From the IMG/VR virus record IMGVR_UViG_3300032312_000233, positions 1 to 36,238 of that record: DNA of 36,238 nt; one strand, 5' to 3'. This DNA is from a virus. Taxonomy: Duplodnaviria > Caudoviricetes. This document shows positions 15,664 through 24,434 of the stretch, piece by piece. The first letter of the stretch is position 1. Each line of letters opens with the position of its first letter. Below the pieces are notes generated by a model. The model saw nothing but the letters and a program-made list of their open reading frames with translations. It made no database searches and was not told the origin of the DNA. Made by a program: the position numbers and the translations under genes.

Positions 15664-16449
15664 ATGGACAAAAGTCAAGAAGTAGTACCAGCGGAAGTAT
15701 CCGCGCCAGAGCAGGTGGCAACGGCTGCACCTGAAGCTGAAGAATTAGCGCCGGAAGCAGTAGAACCAGCAGCAGAAGCACCTAAAACCTTCTCTCAAGA
15801 AGAATTGGATGCCGCTATTGGTAAACGACTTGCTAGAGAGCAACGTAAGTGGGAAAGAGAACAGGCCGCTAAAGCCGCTGAAAAGCAGCTTAAAGCCCCA
15901 GCCGAAATCCCGCCGATTGAGCAGTTTGCTTCACCTGACGAGTACGCCGAGGTTTTGGCTGAAAAAAAGGCAGAAGAATTGCTTGCTAGGCGTGAACAAG
16001 CTAGGATGCAGTCTGAGATCATTGAGTCCTACCACGACAGGGAAGAAGAAGCGCGGAACAAGTACGACGACTTTGAACAAGTTGCCTACAACCCCAAGCT
16101 CCCAATCACTGACGCGATGGCTCAAACGATTCAAGCTTCTGATATTGGCCCCGATATGGCTTATTACCTAGGGTCTAATCCGAAAGAAGCGGAGCGTATT
16201 TCTCGTTTAGCGCCACTCCAGCAGGCCAAAGAATTAGGAAAGATTGAGGCTAAATTAGCTGATAATCCTTCTGTAAAAAAGACTTCGAGCGCTCCAGCAC
16301 CGATTGCTCCTGTCACGGCAAGATCCTCTGGATCTTCTAGCTACGATACAACTGATCCTCGTTCTGTAAAAAGTATGAGTACATCAGAGTGGATCGAAGC
16401 AGAACGCCAAAGACAGGTCAAAAAGTGGGAAGCGCAGAGAAACCGCTAA
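15664..16449 (+). CDS. Capsid scaffolding protein
   Basis: Acidic Glu/Ala/Pro-rich coiled-coil protein directly upstream of the coat gene. Confidence 0.85.
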   Translation: MDKSQEVVPAEVSAPEQVATAAPEAEELAPEAVEPAAEAPKTFSQEELDAAIGKRLAREQRKWEREQAAKAAEKQLKAPAEIPPIEQFASPDEYAEVLAEKKAEELLARREQARMQSEIIESYHDREEEARNKYDDFEQVAYNPKLPITDAMAQTIQASDIGPDMAYYLGSNPKEAERISRLAPLQQAKELGKIEAKLADNPSVKKTSSAPAPIAPVTARSSGSSSYDTTDPRSVKSMSTSEWIEAERQRQVKKWEAQRNR

Positions 16450-16471
16450 CTATTTTTATTAGGACTTAATT

Positions 16472-17680
16472 ATGTCAAATTCGATCTTAACCATCGACAT
16501 GATTACCCGGAAAGCTCTTGAAATTCTCGAGAACAACCTGGTACTCACACGTAACGTAAACCGCGCGTACGATGACAGCTTTGCTGTTGAAGGCGCAAAA
16601 ATCGGTTCTACCCTCCGTATTCGTCTACCAGACCGCGCTTTGGTAACTGACGGTGCCGCCCTGCAAGTTCAGGATGACAACGAGCAGTTCACCACTTTGA
16701 CTGTATCTAATCAAAAGCACATTGGTGTTAACTTCACCACCGCTGAGATGACCATGCAGTTAGATGATTTCGCAGAGCGTGTTCTAAAGCCTCGTATTAG
16801 CCAGTTGGCATCGTCAATCGACGCTGACGTAGCTAACAGCTTTAGAAATGTTTACCAAACCGTTGGTACTCCAGGCGTTACTCCATCGACTTCTGCTGTT
16901 TTGTTGGCTGCTCAACAAAAGCTTAACGAAGCTGCTGCCGTAATGTCCCCACGCTATGCAACTGTTAACCCAGCCGCTAACGCTGGCTTAGTAGAAGGCA
17001 TGAAAGGTCTATTTAACCCAACCGATACCATCTCCAAGCAGTTTAAGAACGGCATGATGGGCATGGGCGTATTGGGCTTTGACGAGATCAACATGAGCCA
17101 ATCTATCAAACAGTTCACAACTGGTTCACGCAACTCAACTGGTACTGTTGGCACCACCGTAACAGCTCAAGGTTCTAACACCATCGTATTAGCCGGTGTT
17201 GGTAACGCATTGACTATTCGTGCTGGTGACGTATTTACCGTAGCTGGCGTATTTGCAGTTAACCCACAGACTCGCGAGTCTACTGGTTCACTCCAGCAGT
17301 TCGTAGTGTTAGCTGACGTAACATCGTCCGCTGGTGGCGCTGCAACTGTAACTGTTAGCCCAGCAATGTACACTTCTGCCCACGCGCTTGCAACGATTGA
17401 TTCGTTCCCAGTTAGCGGTGCAGTAACTACATTTGTTGGCGCAGCTTCTAGCCAGTATCCACAGAACTTGATTTATCACAAAGATGCAATCACATTTGCA
17501 ACCGCTGACTTGTTGATGCCTCAAGGTGTAGACATGGCTTCCCGTCAAGTGCATAACGGTATTTCGATGCGTATTGTTCGCCAATACGACATTAATAACG
17601 ACCGTTTACCATGCCGTATTGACGTGTTGTATGGCTTCTCCGTGATTCGTCCACAAATGGCCGTTCGCTTGTGGGGTTAA
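16472..17680 (+). CDS. Major capsid protein, P22 coat-like
   Basis: 402 aa; MSNSILTIDMITRKAL...KIGSTLRIRLP...RIDVLYG; followed by a strong terminator. Confidence 0.92.
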   Translation: MSNSILTIDMITRKALEILENNLVLTRNVNRAYDDSFAVEGAKIGSTLRIRLPDRALVTDGAALQVQDDNEQFTTLTVSNQKHIGVNFTTAEMTMQLDDFAERVLKPRISQLASSIDADVANSFRNVYQTVGTPGVTPSTSAVLLAAQQKLNEAAAVMSPRYATVNPAANAGLVEGMKGLFNPTDTISKQFKNGMMGMGVLGFDEINMSQSIKQFTTGSRNSTGTVGTTVTAQGSNTIVLAGVGNALTIRAGDVFTVAGVFAVNPQTRESTGSLQQFVVLADVTSSAGGAATVTVSPAMYTSAHALATIDSFPVSGAVTTFVGAASSQYPQNLIYHKDAITFATADLLMPQGVDMASRQVHNGISMRIVRQYDINNDRLPCRIDVLYGFSVIRPQMAVRLWG

Positions 17681-17688
17681 ACCTAATG

Positions 17689-17713
17689 GCTCCCGCGCAA
17701 GCGGGGGCTTTTT
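17689..17713 (+). terminator. Intrinsic terminator after the coat gene
   Basis: GCTCCCGC-GCAA-GCGGGGGC followed by TTTTT. Confidence 0.85.
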
Positions 17714-17738
17714 AAATTATTTGTAAAGGAAATTCATC

Positions 17739-18140
17739 ATGGCTCTCCCAAATGGTGCAGGTGGTTATCAAATTAACGACGGTAACGTCGGTGAAGCAGT
17801 ATTGTTTGTACAAGGCGCTCCAACAGCCGTAGCTGCTGCTGCAACAGCAACGGCTGCTGAACTAGCAAACGGTTTGTTTGTATTTGACGGCGCTGCTGGC
17901 AATTTAACTCTGCCAACAGTAGCTTTGCTTGAAGCAGACATTTCTAGCGCTACTAAAGTAAACGCTGCGTTTGACTTTTTTGTCATCAACATTGATGCAT
18001 CTGGTTCTGACTCAGTTACTTTGGCTGTTGGCACTGGTTGGACAATCGTCGGCGCTGCTGCGGTAGCTGTTAATACTTCGGCTCATTTCCGCGCCCGTAA
18101 AACAGGCGAAGGTTCTTGGACTTGCTATCGTATTAGTTAA
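17739..18140 (+). CDS. Probable minor capsid/decoration protein
   Basis: Ala/Gly/Thr-rich beta protein immediately after the coat gene; SD AAGGA. Confidence 0.65.
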   Translation: MALPNGAGGYQINDGNVGEAVLFVQGAPTAVAAAATATAAELANGLFVFDGAAGNLTLPTVALLEADISSATKVNAAFDFFVINIDASGSDSVTLAVGTGWTIVGAAAVAVNTSAHFRARKTGEGSWTCYRIS

Positions 18141-18147
18141 TGTATTC

Positions 18148-18170
18148 CCCGCCCTTCGGGGCGGGTTTTT
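18148..18170 (+). terminator. Intrinsic terminator
   Basis: CCCGCCC-TTCG-GGGCGGG followed by TTTTT. Confidence 0.85.
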
Positions 18171-18183
18171 ATAAGGAAAGATT

Positions 18184-18702
18184 ATGCCTAATACCAAACC
18201 TGTAGGGGTTGCTTTTAGCGACCCTGAACTGACTTCTGGCACTACGATTACGGGCGCAATTATTGATAGCACATCAAAAATTCTATCTAATATTGCTAAC
18301 GGTTCTACTGCATCGCAACAAGGTGCAACTATTGCTACTACTGGTAATAGTGATGTTTTTGTAATTGCCCCCGCCGCAGGTACATTGACATCCGCTGTGT
18401 TTTCTGGTGTAGATGCGCTTACAACTAGTGACACAAACTTCATCACTTTTTCCATCACCAATTTAGGTCTAGCTGGCACTGGAACGGCTGCAATGTTAGC
18501 CGCAACCGATGCTAATACTACTAAAGTTACAGGTGGAACTGCGTTAACAGCTAATGCTGCGCGTACGTTAACTTTAAATGGCACCGCAGCTAATTTAGTT
18601 GTGGCTGCTGGCGATCGTTTACGTATTCGTGCTGCCGCAACTGGTACGCTTGCTAATACTGTGACATTCCCCGTTTATCGTGTGAACTTTACAGTTGTGT
18701 AA
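18184..18702 (+). CDS. Probable head decoration/fibre-like virion protein
   Basis: MPNTKPVGVAFSDP start; Thr/Ala/Gly rich; SD AAGGA. Confidence 0.65.
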   Translation: MPNTKPVGVAFSDPELTSGTTITGAIIDSTSKILSNIANGSTASQQGATIATTGNSDVFVIAPAAGTLTSAVFSGVDALTTSDTNFITFSITNLGLAGTGTAAMLAATDANTTKVTGGTALTANAARTLTLNGTAANLVVAAGDRLRIRAAATGTLANTVTFPVYRVNFTVV

Positions 18703-18705
18703 TAC

Positions 18706-18725
18706 ATAGGGGCTTCGGCCCCTAT
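18706..18725 (+). terminator. Stable UUCG hairpin without a U tract (weak terminator or mRNA stabiliser)
   Basis: ATAGGGGC-TTCG-GCCCCTAT. Confidence 0.55.
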
Positions 18726-18741
18726 CTAATAAGGAATAATA

Positions 18742-18954
18742 ATGGCGGTTATTTATTTAAAGCATCCCATACACGGCCATAAAGTCGCTTGTAGCGATAT
18801 AGAAGCCGATCATGATGAAAATCACGGTTGGGAACAGTATAATGTTGTTACGCCGGTAGAAGTAATTGAGGTTGAAGAAATAGAACCTGAAATCGAGGCG
18901 GCTCCTGCTAACGCGCTGGAAGTAAAGACAAGACGCCGTAAAACAACCGCATAA
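18742..18954 (+). CDS. Small protein with acidic middle and basic tail
   Basis: SD AAGGA; YLKHPIHGHKVA...GW; lies between the coat region and the head-completion gene. Confidence 0.75.
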   Translation: MAVIYLKHPIHGHKVACSDIEADHDENHGWEQYNVVTPVEVIEVEEIEPEIEAAPANALEVKTRRRKTTA

Positions 18955-18965
18955 GGAGTTACGCC

Positions 18966-19694
18966 ATGACCACGGCAAACGACCAAATTAACGGCGCATT
19001 GCGCGTACTAGGGGTTTTAGCCGAAGGCGAAACACCATCCGCAGCCACGTCGCAAGACGCTTTAGCTGCTTTAAACCAGATGATCGACTCATGGAATACC
19101 GAGCGTTTGTCAGTGTTTTCTACTCAAGATCAAGTGGCTTCTTGGCCTGCTGGCGCTAAAGATTTAACTTTTGGCCCAACTGGAACTTTGCCTTTAGCGT
19201 CAGGTGGCATACCTAAACGCCCTGTATTGATTGACGATGCAACTTATTTTAGAGATGCAGCGACCAATATTTCATACGGTCTTAAACTAATTAACCAACA
19301 ACAATACAACGGTATTGCTGTTAAAACGGTAACTTCGACTTACCCTCAAGTCCTTTGGGTCAACATGACCTATCCTGACATTGAGATGTACGTTTACCCC
19401 GTACCCATTAAACCACTAGAGTTTCATATCGTTTCGGTGGAAAAGCTCATGGAAGTGCCAAGTTTATCGACTGAGATTACTATGCCTCCTGGCTACCTAC
19501 GGGCGTTCAAATACAGCCTTGCTTGCGAAATCGCAACTGAGTTTGGTATTGAGCCACCCGCTAACGTAATGCGCGTCGCTATGACCTCTAAACGCAATCT
19601 GAAGCGCATTAACAATCCTGACGACATTATGGCGTTGCCATACAGCTTGGTTGGCACACGTCAGCGGTTTAACATTTATGCGGGTAATTACTAA
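18966..19694 (+). CDS. Head-tail adaptor, P22 gp4-like
   Basis: ALRVLGVLAEGETP...DALAALNQMIDSW and PPGYLRAFKYSLA; positioned before the gp10-like gene. Confidence 0.8.
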   Translation: MTTANDQINGALRVLGVLAEGETPSAATSQDALAALNQMIDSWNTERLSVFSTQDQVASWPAGAKDLTFGPTGTLPLASGGIPKRPVLIDDATYFRDAATNISYGLKLINQQQYNGIAVKTVTSTYPQVLWVNMTYPDIEMYVYPVPIKPLEFHIVSVEKLMEVPSLSTEITMPPGYLRAFKYSLACEIATEFGIEPPANVMRVAMTSKRNLKRINNPDDIMALPYSLVGTRQRFNIYAGNY

Positions 19695-21223
19695 TGAAAA
19701 CCCCGATTCTGGGGCAGGCGTATGTAGCCCGTAGCATTAATGCGGCAGACAACCGCATGGTTAATTTGTTTCCTGAAGTTATCCCCAACGAAGGTAAAGA
19801 GGCGGGGTTTCTTAACCGCGCGCCAGGTTTAAGTTTACTAACTACAGTTGGTATTGGCCCTGTGCGTGGCTTGTGGACGTTTAACAATGTTGGCTACGTG
19901 GTGTCAGGCAATGAGCTATACCGCATTACTACTGCTTACGTACCCACGTTAATTGGCACTGTAGCTGGTACAGGGCCTGTGTCGATGGCTGACAACGGTA
20001 CGCAACTGTTTATTGCCGCCAATGGCCCTAGCTACATCTACAACTCGGTAACTCTAGCGTACGGCCTGATTACCGATCCTGACTTTCCTGGCGCTGTCAC
20101 TGTGTCTTACTTAGACGGCTACTTTGTGTTTAACGAGCCAAACAGCCAAAAGGTGTGGGTCACTCAGCTACTTGATGGCACATCTATTGATCCGCTTGAC
20201 TTTGCTAGTGCTGAAGGCAACCCTGACGGTCTTGTATCCCTTCTTGTAAACAACCGTGAGGCGTGGCTGTTTGGGTCAAATTCCATTGAAGTTTGGTATG
20301 ACGCAGGTACACCTGACTTCCCTCTTGCCCGTATTCAAGGCGCATCTAACGAAATTGGTTGCGCTGCTGCATTTTCCGTTGCCAAACTTGACAACTCGCT
20401 ATTTTGGCTAGGGCAAGACGCTAGGGGCCGTGGCATCGTATATCGTAATAACGGCTATACAGGCGTCCGCGCGTCTAATCATGCGATTGAATGGCAAATC
20501 CAACAATATGGCGACATTAGCAACGCTATTGCTTATACATACCAGCAAGACGGTCATAGTTTTTACGTTTTGACCTTTCCAACTGTACAAAAGACGTGGG
20601 TGTACGATGTGTCAACTCAGTCGTGGCATGAACGAGCTGGTTGGTTAAATGGCGACTTTGTGCGTTATCGTCCTAACTGCCAAATGGCGTTTAATAATGA
20701 AGTAATCCTCGGTGATTATGAAAGCGGTAACTTGTATGCGTATGACTTAGACGTCTATGCCGATAACGGGCAAATTCAAAAATGGCTACGCTCTTGGCGC
20801 CCGATCCCAAGCGGTCAAAACAACCTGCGTCGTACCGCCCAGCACAGCCTACAACTTGACTGCGAAACAGGTGTAGGGCTTAATGGTATTGACCCACAAG
20901 ACATTTTTATTGACTATTTACTTGCCGAAAATGGCAATATTTTAGAAGCCGAAAACGGCGACAACATTATATTAGATTACGCAACGGTGCAAGGCGCTAA
21001 CCCCGAAGTTATGTTGCGTTGGTCAGACGATGGCGGTCATACCTGGTCAAATGAACATTGGGCGTCAATGGGGCGCATTGGTCAATATGGCCGCCGCGTG
21101 TTTTGGCGTCGGCTTGGCATGACCTTGAAGCTGCGTGATCGGGTCTATGAGGTGTCAGGCACCGATCCAGTTAAGATTGCCATTGTTGGCGCCGAACTGC
21201 TATTAAGCCCAACTAGAGCCTAA
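19694..21223 (+). CDS. Tail hub / packaged-DNA stabilisation protein, P22 gp10-like
   Basis: 509 aa beta-rich; FASAEGNPD, MLRWSDDGGHTWS and WRRLG motifs. Confidence 0.88.
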   Translation: MKTPILGQAYVARSINAADNRMVNLFPEVIPNEGKEAGFLNRAPGLSLLTTVGIGPVRGLWTFNNVGYVVSGNELYRITTAYVPTLIGTVAGTGPVSMADNGTQLFIAANGPSYIYNSVTLAYGLITDPDFPGAVTVSYLDGYFVFNEPNSQKVWVTQLLDGTSIDPLDFASAEGNPDGLVSLLVNNREAWLFGSNSIEVWYDAGTPDFPLARIQGASNEIGCAAAFSVAKLDNSLFWLGQDARGRGIVYRNNGYTGVRASNHAIEWQIQQYGDISNAIAYTYQQDGHSFYVLTFPTVQKTWVYDVSTQSWHERAGWLNGDFVRYRPNCQMAFNNEVILGDYESGNLYAYDLDVYADNGQIQKWLRSWRPIPSGQNNLRRTAQHSLQLDCETGVGLNGIDPQDIFIDYLLAENGNILEAENGDNIILDYATVQGANPEVMLRWSDDGGHTWSNEHWASMGRIGQYGRRVFWRRLGMTLKLRDRVYEVSGTDPVKIAIVGAELLLSPTRA

Positions 21224-21225
21224 AC

Positions 21226-21927
21226 ATGACGTCTTATTCCCTTACCCAAATACCAGCACCGCGTACGCCAGTAATTGACGAAACTACGGGGCTATTATCG
21301 CGTGAGTGGTTTCGGTGGTTTAACAACATTAACAACATTACTGGCGGTGGGTTAGGCGTTATTGCCGTTATTAACGGCGGTACAGGTCAATCTACCTACA
21401 CCAACGGGCAATTGTTGATAGGTGACAGTACAGGCAATACTTTAATTAAAAACACCCTAACGCCAGGCGCAGGCATCGGTGTCACCAATGGCCCTGGCTC
21501 AATAGGCATAGCCAACACAGGCGTATTGTCTGCTATAGCTAGTACAGGCGTGTCCGTGTCTAGCGCAACAGGTAATGTCACCATAGCTAACACGGGCGTA
21601 CTGTCTATTATTGCTGGCACAGGCATAAGTGCTTCGTCGGCTACAGGCAACGTAACCGTTGCCAACACAGGCGTAACGTCGTTCAGCGCAGGCACGACAG
21701 GCTTAACGCCTAGCAGCCCTACTACAGGCGCCGTAGTGCTTGCAGGCACTTTAGCCGTGGCTAATGGAGGTACAGGGGCGACTACCGACTCAGGGGCTAG
21801 AACCAACCTAGGCTTAGGCGGGGGTTTATCGGTAACGATTACGACCGCTAGACTAACAGCGTTAGGCGCAAACGGCAGTATGACCTTTGTTAATGGTATT
21901 TTAACAGCGCAAACGCAAGCGACATAA
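21226..21927 (+). CDS. Tail needle/fibre-like protein (P22 gp26 position) with internal repeats
   Basis: LSREWFRWF N-terminus; ANTGV repeated three times at 25-aa spacing; VANGGTGA...ARTNLG. Confidence 0.6.
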   Translation: MTSYSLTQIPAPRTPVIDETTGLLSREWFRWFNNINNITGGGLGVIAVINGGTGQSTYTNGQLLIGDSTGNTLIKNTLTPGAGIGVTNGPGSIGIANTGVLSAIASTGVSVSSATGNVTIANTGVLSIIAGTGISASSATGNVTVANTGVTSFSAGTTGLTPSSPTTGAVVLAGTLAVANGGTGATTDSGARTNLGLGGGLSVTITTARLTALGANGSMTFVNGILTAQTQAT

Positions 21928-22301
21928 TGGCTAATTTAACTGATGATATTTGGAAAGTTATCTATGACACTGCGGTGAAATACGATAAGATAACCCCAAA
22001 CCAAAATATTAGGCATTATATTGAACAAAACGCTGATATAACGCTATTTAATGGCGGCGTATTTGTTGCAATGGGTAATGAGTTTGATTTATATGTATTG
22101 CCAGAAAAGCAAGGTAAATGGCGTATTCGTGACGTACTTAACGATTATTTAGCAAAAATGACCGACAAATACGGCGCGCTTGTTGTTAAAATACACGAAG
22201 ATAACCATAAGTCATTGCGGTTGGCAAAGTTTTTTAAATTTAAAGAAGTCAGCCGTATTGACGGCAAACTTACATTGGAGCGTAAGCCATGGGATCAATA
22301 G
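21927..22301 (+). CDS. GNAT-like small protein (P22 gp14 position)
   Basis: VLPEKQGKW and NHKSLRLAKFFKF resemble GNAT motifs A and B. Confidence 0.6.
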   Translation: MANLTDDIWKVIYDTAVKYDKITPNQNIRHYIEQNADITLFNGGVFVAMGNEFDLYVLPEKQGKWRIRDVLNDYLAKMTDKYGALVVKIHEDNHKSLRLAKFFKFKEVSRIDGKLTLERKPWDQ

Positions 22302-23071
22302 TAAATTCAGTTGCAGACGTCTTTGGATTTGGCCCTGCAAGTAAACAAGCTAGTGCCGTTACAAGCGCGGCTGATACAGGCGCTGCATCTGCTAGATACG
22401 CTGCTGATCTGCAAAAGCAGATGTTTGACAAACAGATTGAATTGCAAGCCCCATTTCGTGAAGCTGGTCTTGCAGGTCAAAACCGTCTATTAGAATATCT
22501 TGGAATTGGCGGCGCTCCGAGCGCGCAAGGTTATGGTAGATACGCAACGGCTGAGTTTACGCCAGCTAACTTTTTAGCCAATCAAGACCCAGGCTACGCT
22601 TTTCGTATGTCTGAGGGCATGAAAGCTTTAGAGCGTTCGGCTGCGGCTCGGGGTGGTCTATTGTCAGGTGCAACCTTAAAGGGTACACAGCGCTACGGGC
22701 AAGACTTAGCGTCACAAGAGTACCAAAATGCGTTTAACCGCTACCAAACACAACGAACCAATACCTTAAACCCATACGCTAGTTTGGCTGGCGTAGCGCA
22801 AACAAGCGCTAATACATTAGGTCAACAGGCAGGCGCCTACGGCGCTAATGTAGGTAATATCGCTATGGCAGGTGGTGCTAACGCCGCTAATGCTCAACTA
22901 GCGCTTGGTAACATCCGAGGTCAACAGTTCAGCAACGCCGCTAATGCGCTAGGTCAAGGGTACGATTTTTATAGACGCGGTGGGTTTAACGATCTTTTTG
23001 GTGGTGGTGGTTTTACTGACGTTGGAGGCGAAGGCGGTGCCGCTAACAGAGCCTTAGCTGAGTACATGTAA
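22289..23071 (+). CDS. DNA ejection/pilot protein, P22 gp7-like
   Basis: Ala/Gly/Gln rich; DPGYAFR...SAAARGGLLSGATLK. Confidence 0.8.
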   Translation: MGSIVNSVADVFGFGPASKQASAVTSAADTGAASARYAADLQKQMFDKQIELQAPFREAGLAGQNRLLEYLGIGGAPSAQGYGRYATAEFTPANFLANQDPGYAFRMSEGMKALERSAAARGGLLSGATLKGTQRYGQDLASQEYQNAFNRYQTQRTNTLNPYASLAGVAQTSANTLGQQAGAYGANVGNIAMAGGANAANAQLALGNIRGQQFSNAANALGQGYDFYRRGGFNDLFGGGGFTDVGGEGGAANRALAEYM

Positions 23072-23081
23072 AGGAAAAATT

Positions 23082-24425
23082 ATGGCTGCTCAAATTAATT
23101 ATGGGCTTGTAAACCCCGCTGTTCTTGACTATGCAGGGCAAGAACAAAAAGAACTAAACGTCCAAAAAACTAGAATGGACGTAGAGCGTTTAGAAAACGA
23201 ACGCAAAGTTATGTTTGATCTTCAAAAACAATTAGCGGATAAAGGTGTTGACACCGATTTAAACTTTGTTTTTGACACCATGATTAAGACGGGTAATCCT
23301 GACTACGTGGCTAAAGGTCTTGAAGGTAAGGCCAAACTACAAGAGCAAATTAATTACGCAAGAGAAATGGGGTATGGCATGACACCGCCTGCCGCCGCGC
23401 CGGCTGCAAGCGCGCCTATGGGGATGCCTAGCGCTGCCCCCGCGCCTATGGGAATGCCTAGCGCTACTCCTGCGCTTGGGGCGCAACCTGTTAATGCTCT
23501 AGCGCCAATGGCAGGAGCGCAAGCGGCGCCAACTAATGCGTTGGCAGGGCAAGTTGCTTCCGATGAAGTTAATGTTTTACGCAATAGAGTTAATGGTTTA
23601 TTGCGTTTAGGCACACCACAAGCTCTTAACGCTGCAAAAATTTTACAAACGCAAATTGCTAGTTTAGAACCTACCCCTGCAATTAGAGAGTTTAACTACG
23701 GGCTGAAAAACCCTGAGTTTACTAATTACCAATTGAAAAAAGCAGCCGCAGGCGCCGCAAGATCCGTAGTTAACTTACCGCCGCAAGAAAAAGCTGAACA
23801 AACAGAGCGCGGTAAATTCCTTGTTGAAGATTACAAAACTGTAACTAACGCAGCTAGAGTTGCGGCTAGAACCTTACCTGCTATTGAAGTTAACTTAGAT
23901 TTACTAGATCAAGGGTTTAAAACTGGGTTTAGCGCCGAAGTGCAAAAAGGCGCCGCAAACATTTTGGGCGCTTTGGGTGTTGAAAATGCAAACAAATTTG
24001 CAACAGATGCTCAAGTATTTCAAGCTAAAGCAAACGAAACTGTTTTACAACGTCAATTGGAGCAAAAAGGCCCGCAAACCGAATCGGACGCACAGCGTAT
24101 TACTCAAACTGGCGCGCAGCTTACCAACACGCGGGATGCTAACAGATTTATATTGGATGTTGCCAAAGCGCAACTTAAACGTGACATAGAACAACGTAAC
24201 TTTTACGATAGTTGGTTTACAAAGAATAAAACGTATGATGGCGCTGAAAATGCTTGGTACACAGGTGATGGCGGTAAGTCGTTGTTTAGCCGCCCTGAAC
24301 TTAAAAAGTACAATATTCAAACTGGTGCAAATCCACAACGTCAAGGAAGTCAACAAACTACTGGTGGTCTAAGCCCGGCAGAACAAGCGGAATTAGACAG
24401 CTTACGTATGCGCTTTAAAAGGTAA
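23082..24425 (+). CDS. Probable DNA ejection protein (gp20 position)
   Basis: Helical, with a Pro/Ala/Met low-complexity linker; synteny with P22 ejection genes. Confidence 0.65.
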   Translation: MAAQINYGLVNPAVLDYAGQEQKELNVQKTRMDVERLENERKVMFDLQKQLADKGVDTDLNFVFDTMIKTGNPDYVAKGLEGKAKLQEQINYAREMGYGMTPPAAAPAASAPMGMPSAAPAPMGMPSATPALGAQPVNALAPMAGAQAAPTNALAGQVASDEVNVLRNRVNGLLRLGTPQALNAAKILQTQIASLEPTPAIREFNYGLKNPEFTNYQLKKAAAGAARSVVNLPPQEKAEQTERGKFLVEDYKTVTNAARVAARTLPAIEVNLDLLDQGFKTGFSAEVQKGAANILGALGVENANKFATDAQVFQAKANETVLQRQLEQKGPQTESDAQRITQTGAQLTNTRDANRFILDVAKAQLKRDIEQRNFYDSWFTKNKTYDGAENAWYTGDGGKSLFSRPELKKYNIQTGANPQRQGSQQTTGGLSPAEQAELDSLRMRFKR

Positions 24426-24434
24426 CGCATAATT

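Noticed and set aside
23411-23465. Duplicated CGCGCCTATGGGRATGCCTAGCGCT in an ejection gene
   Set aside because: It encodes a low-complexity APMGMPSA linker, consistent with ordinary slippage duplication.
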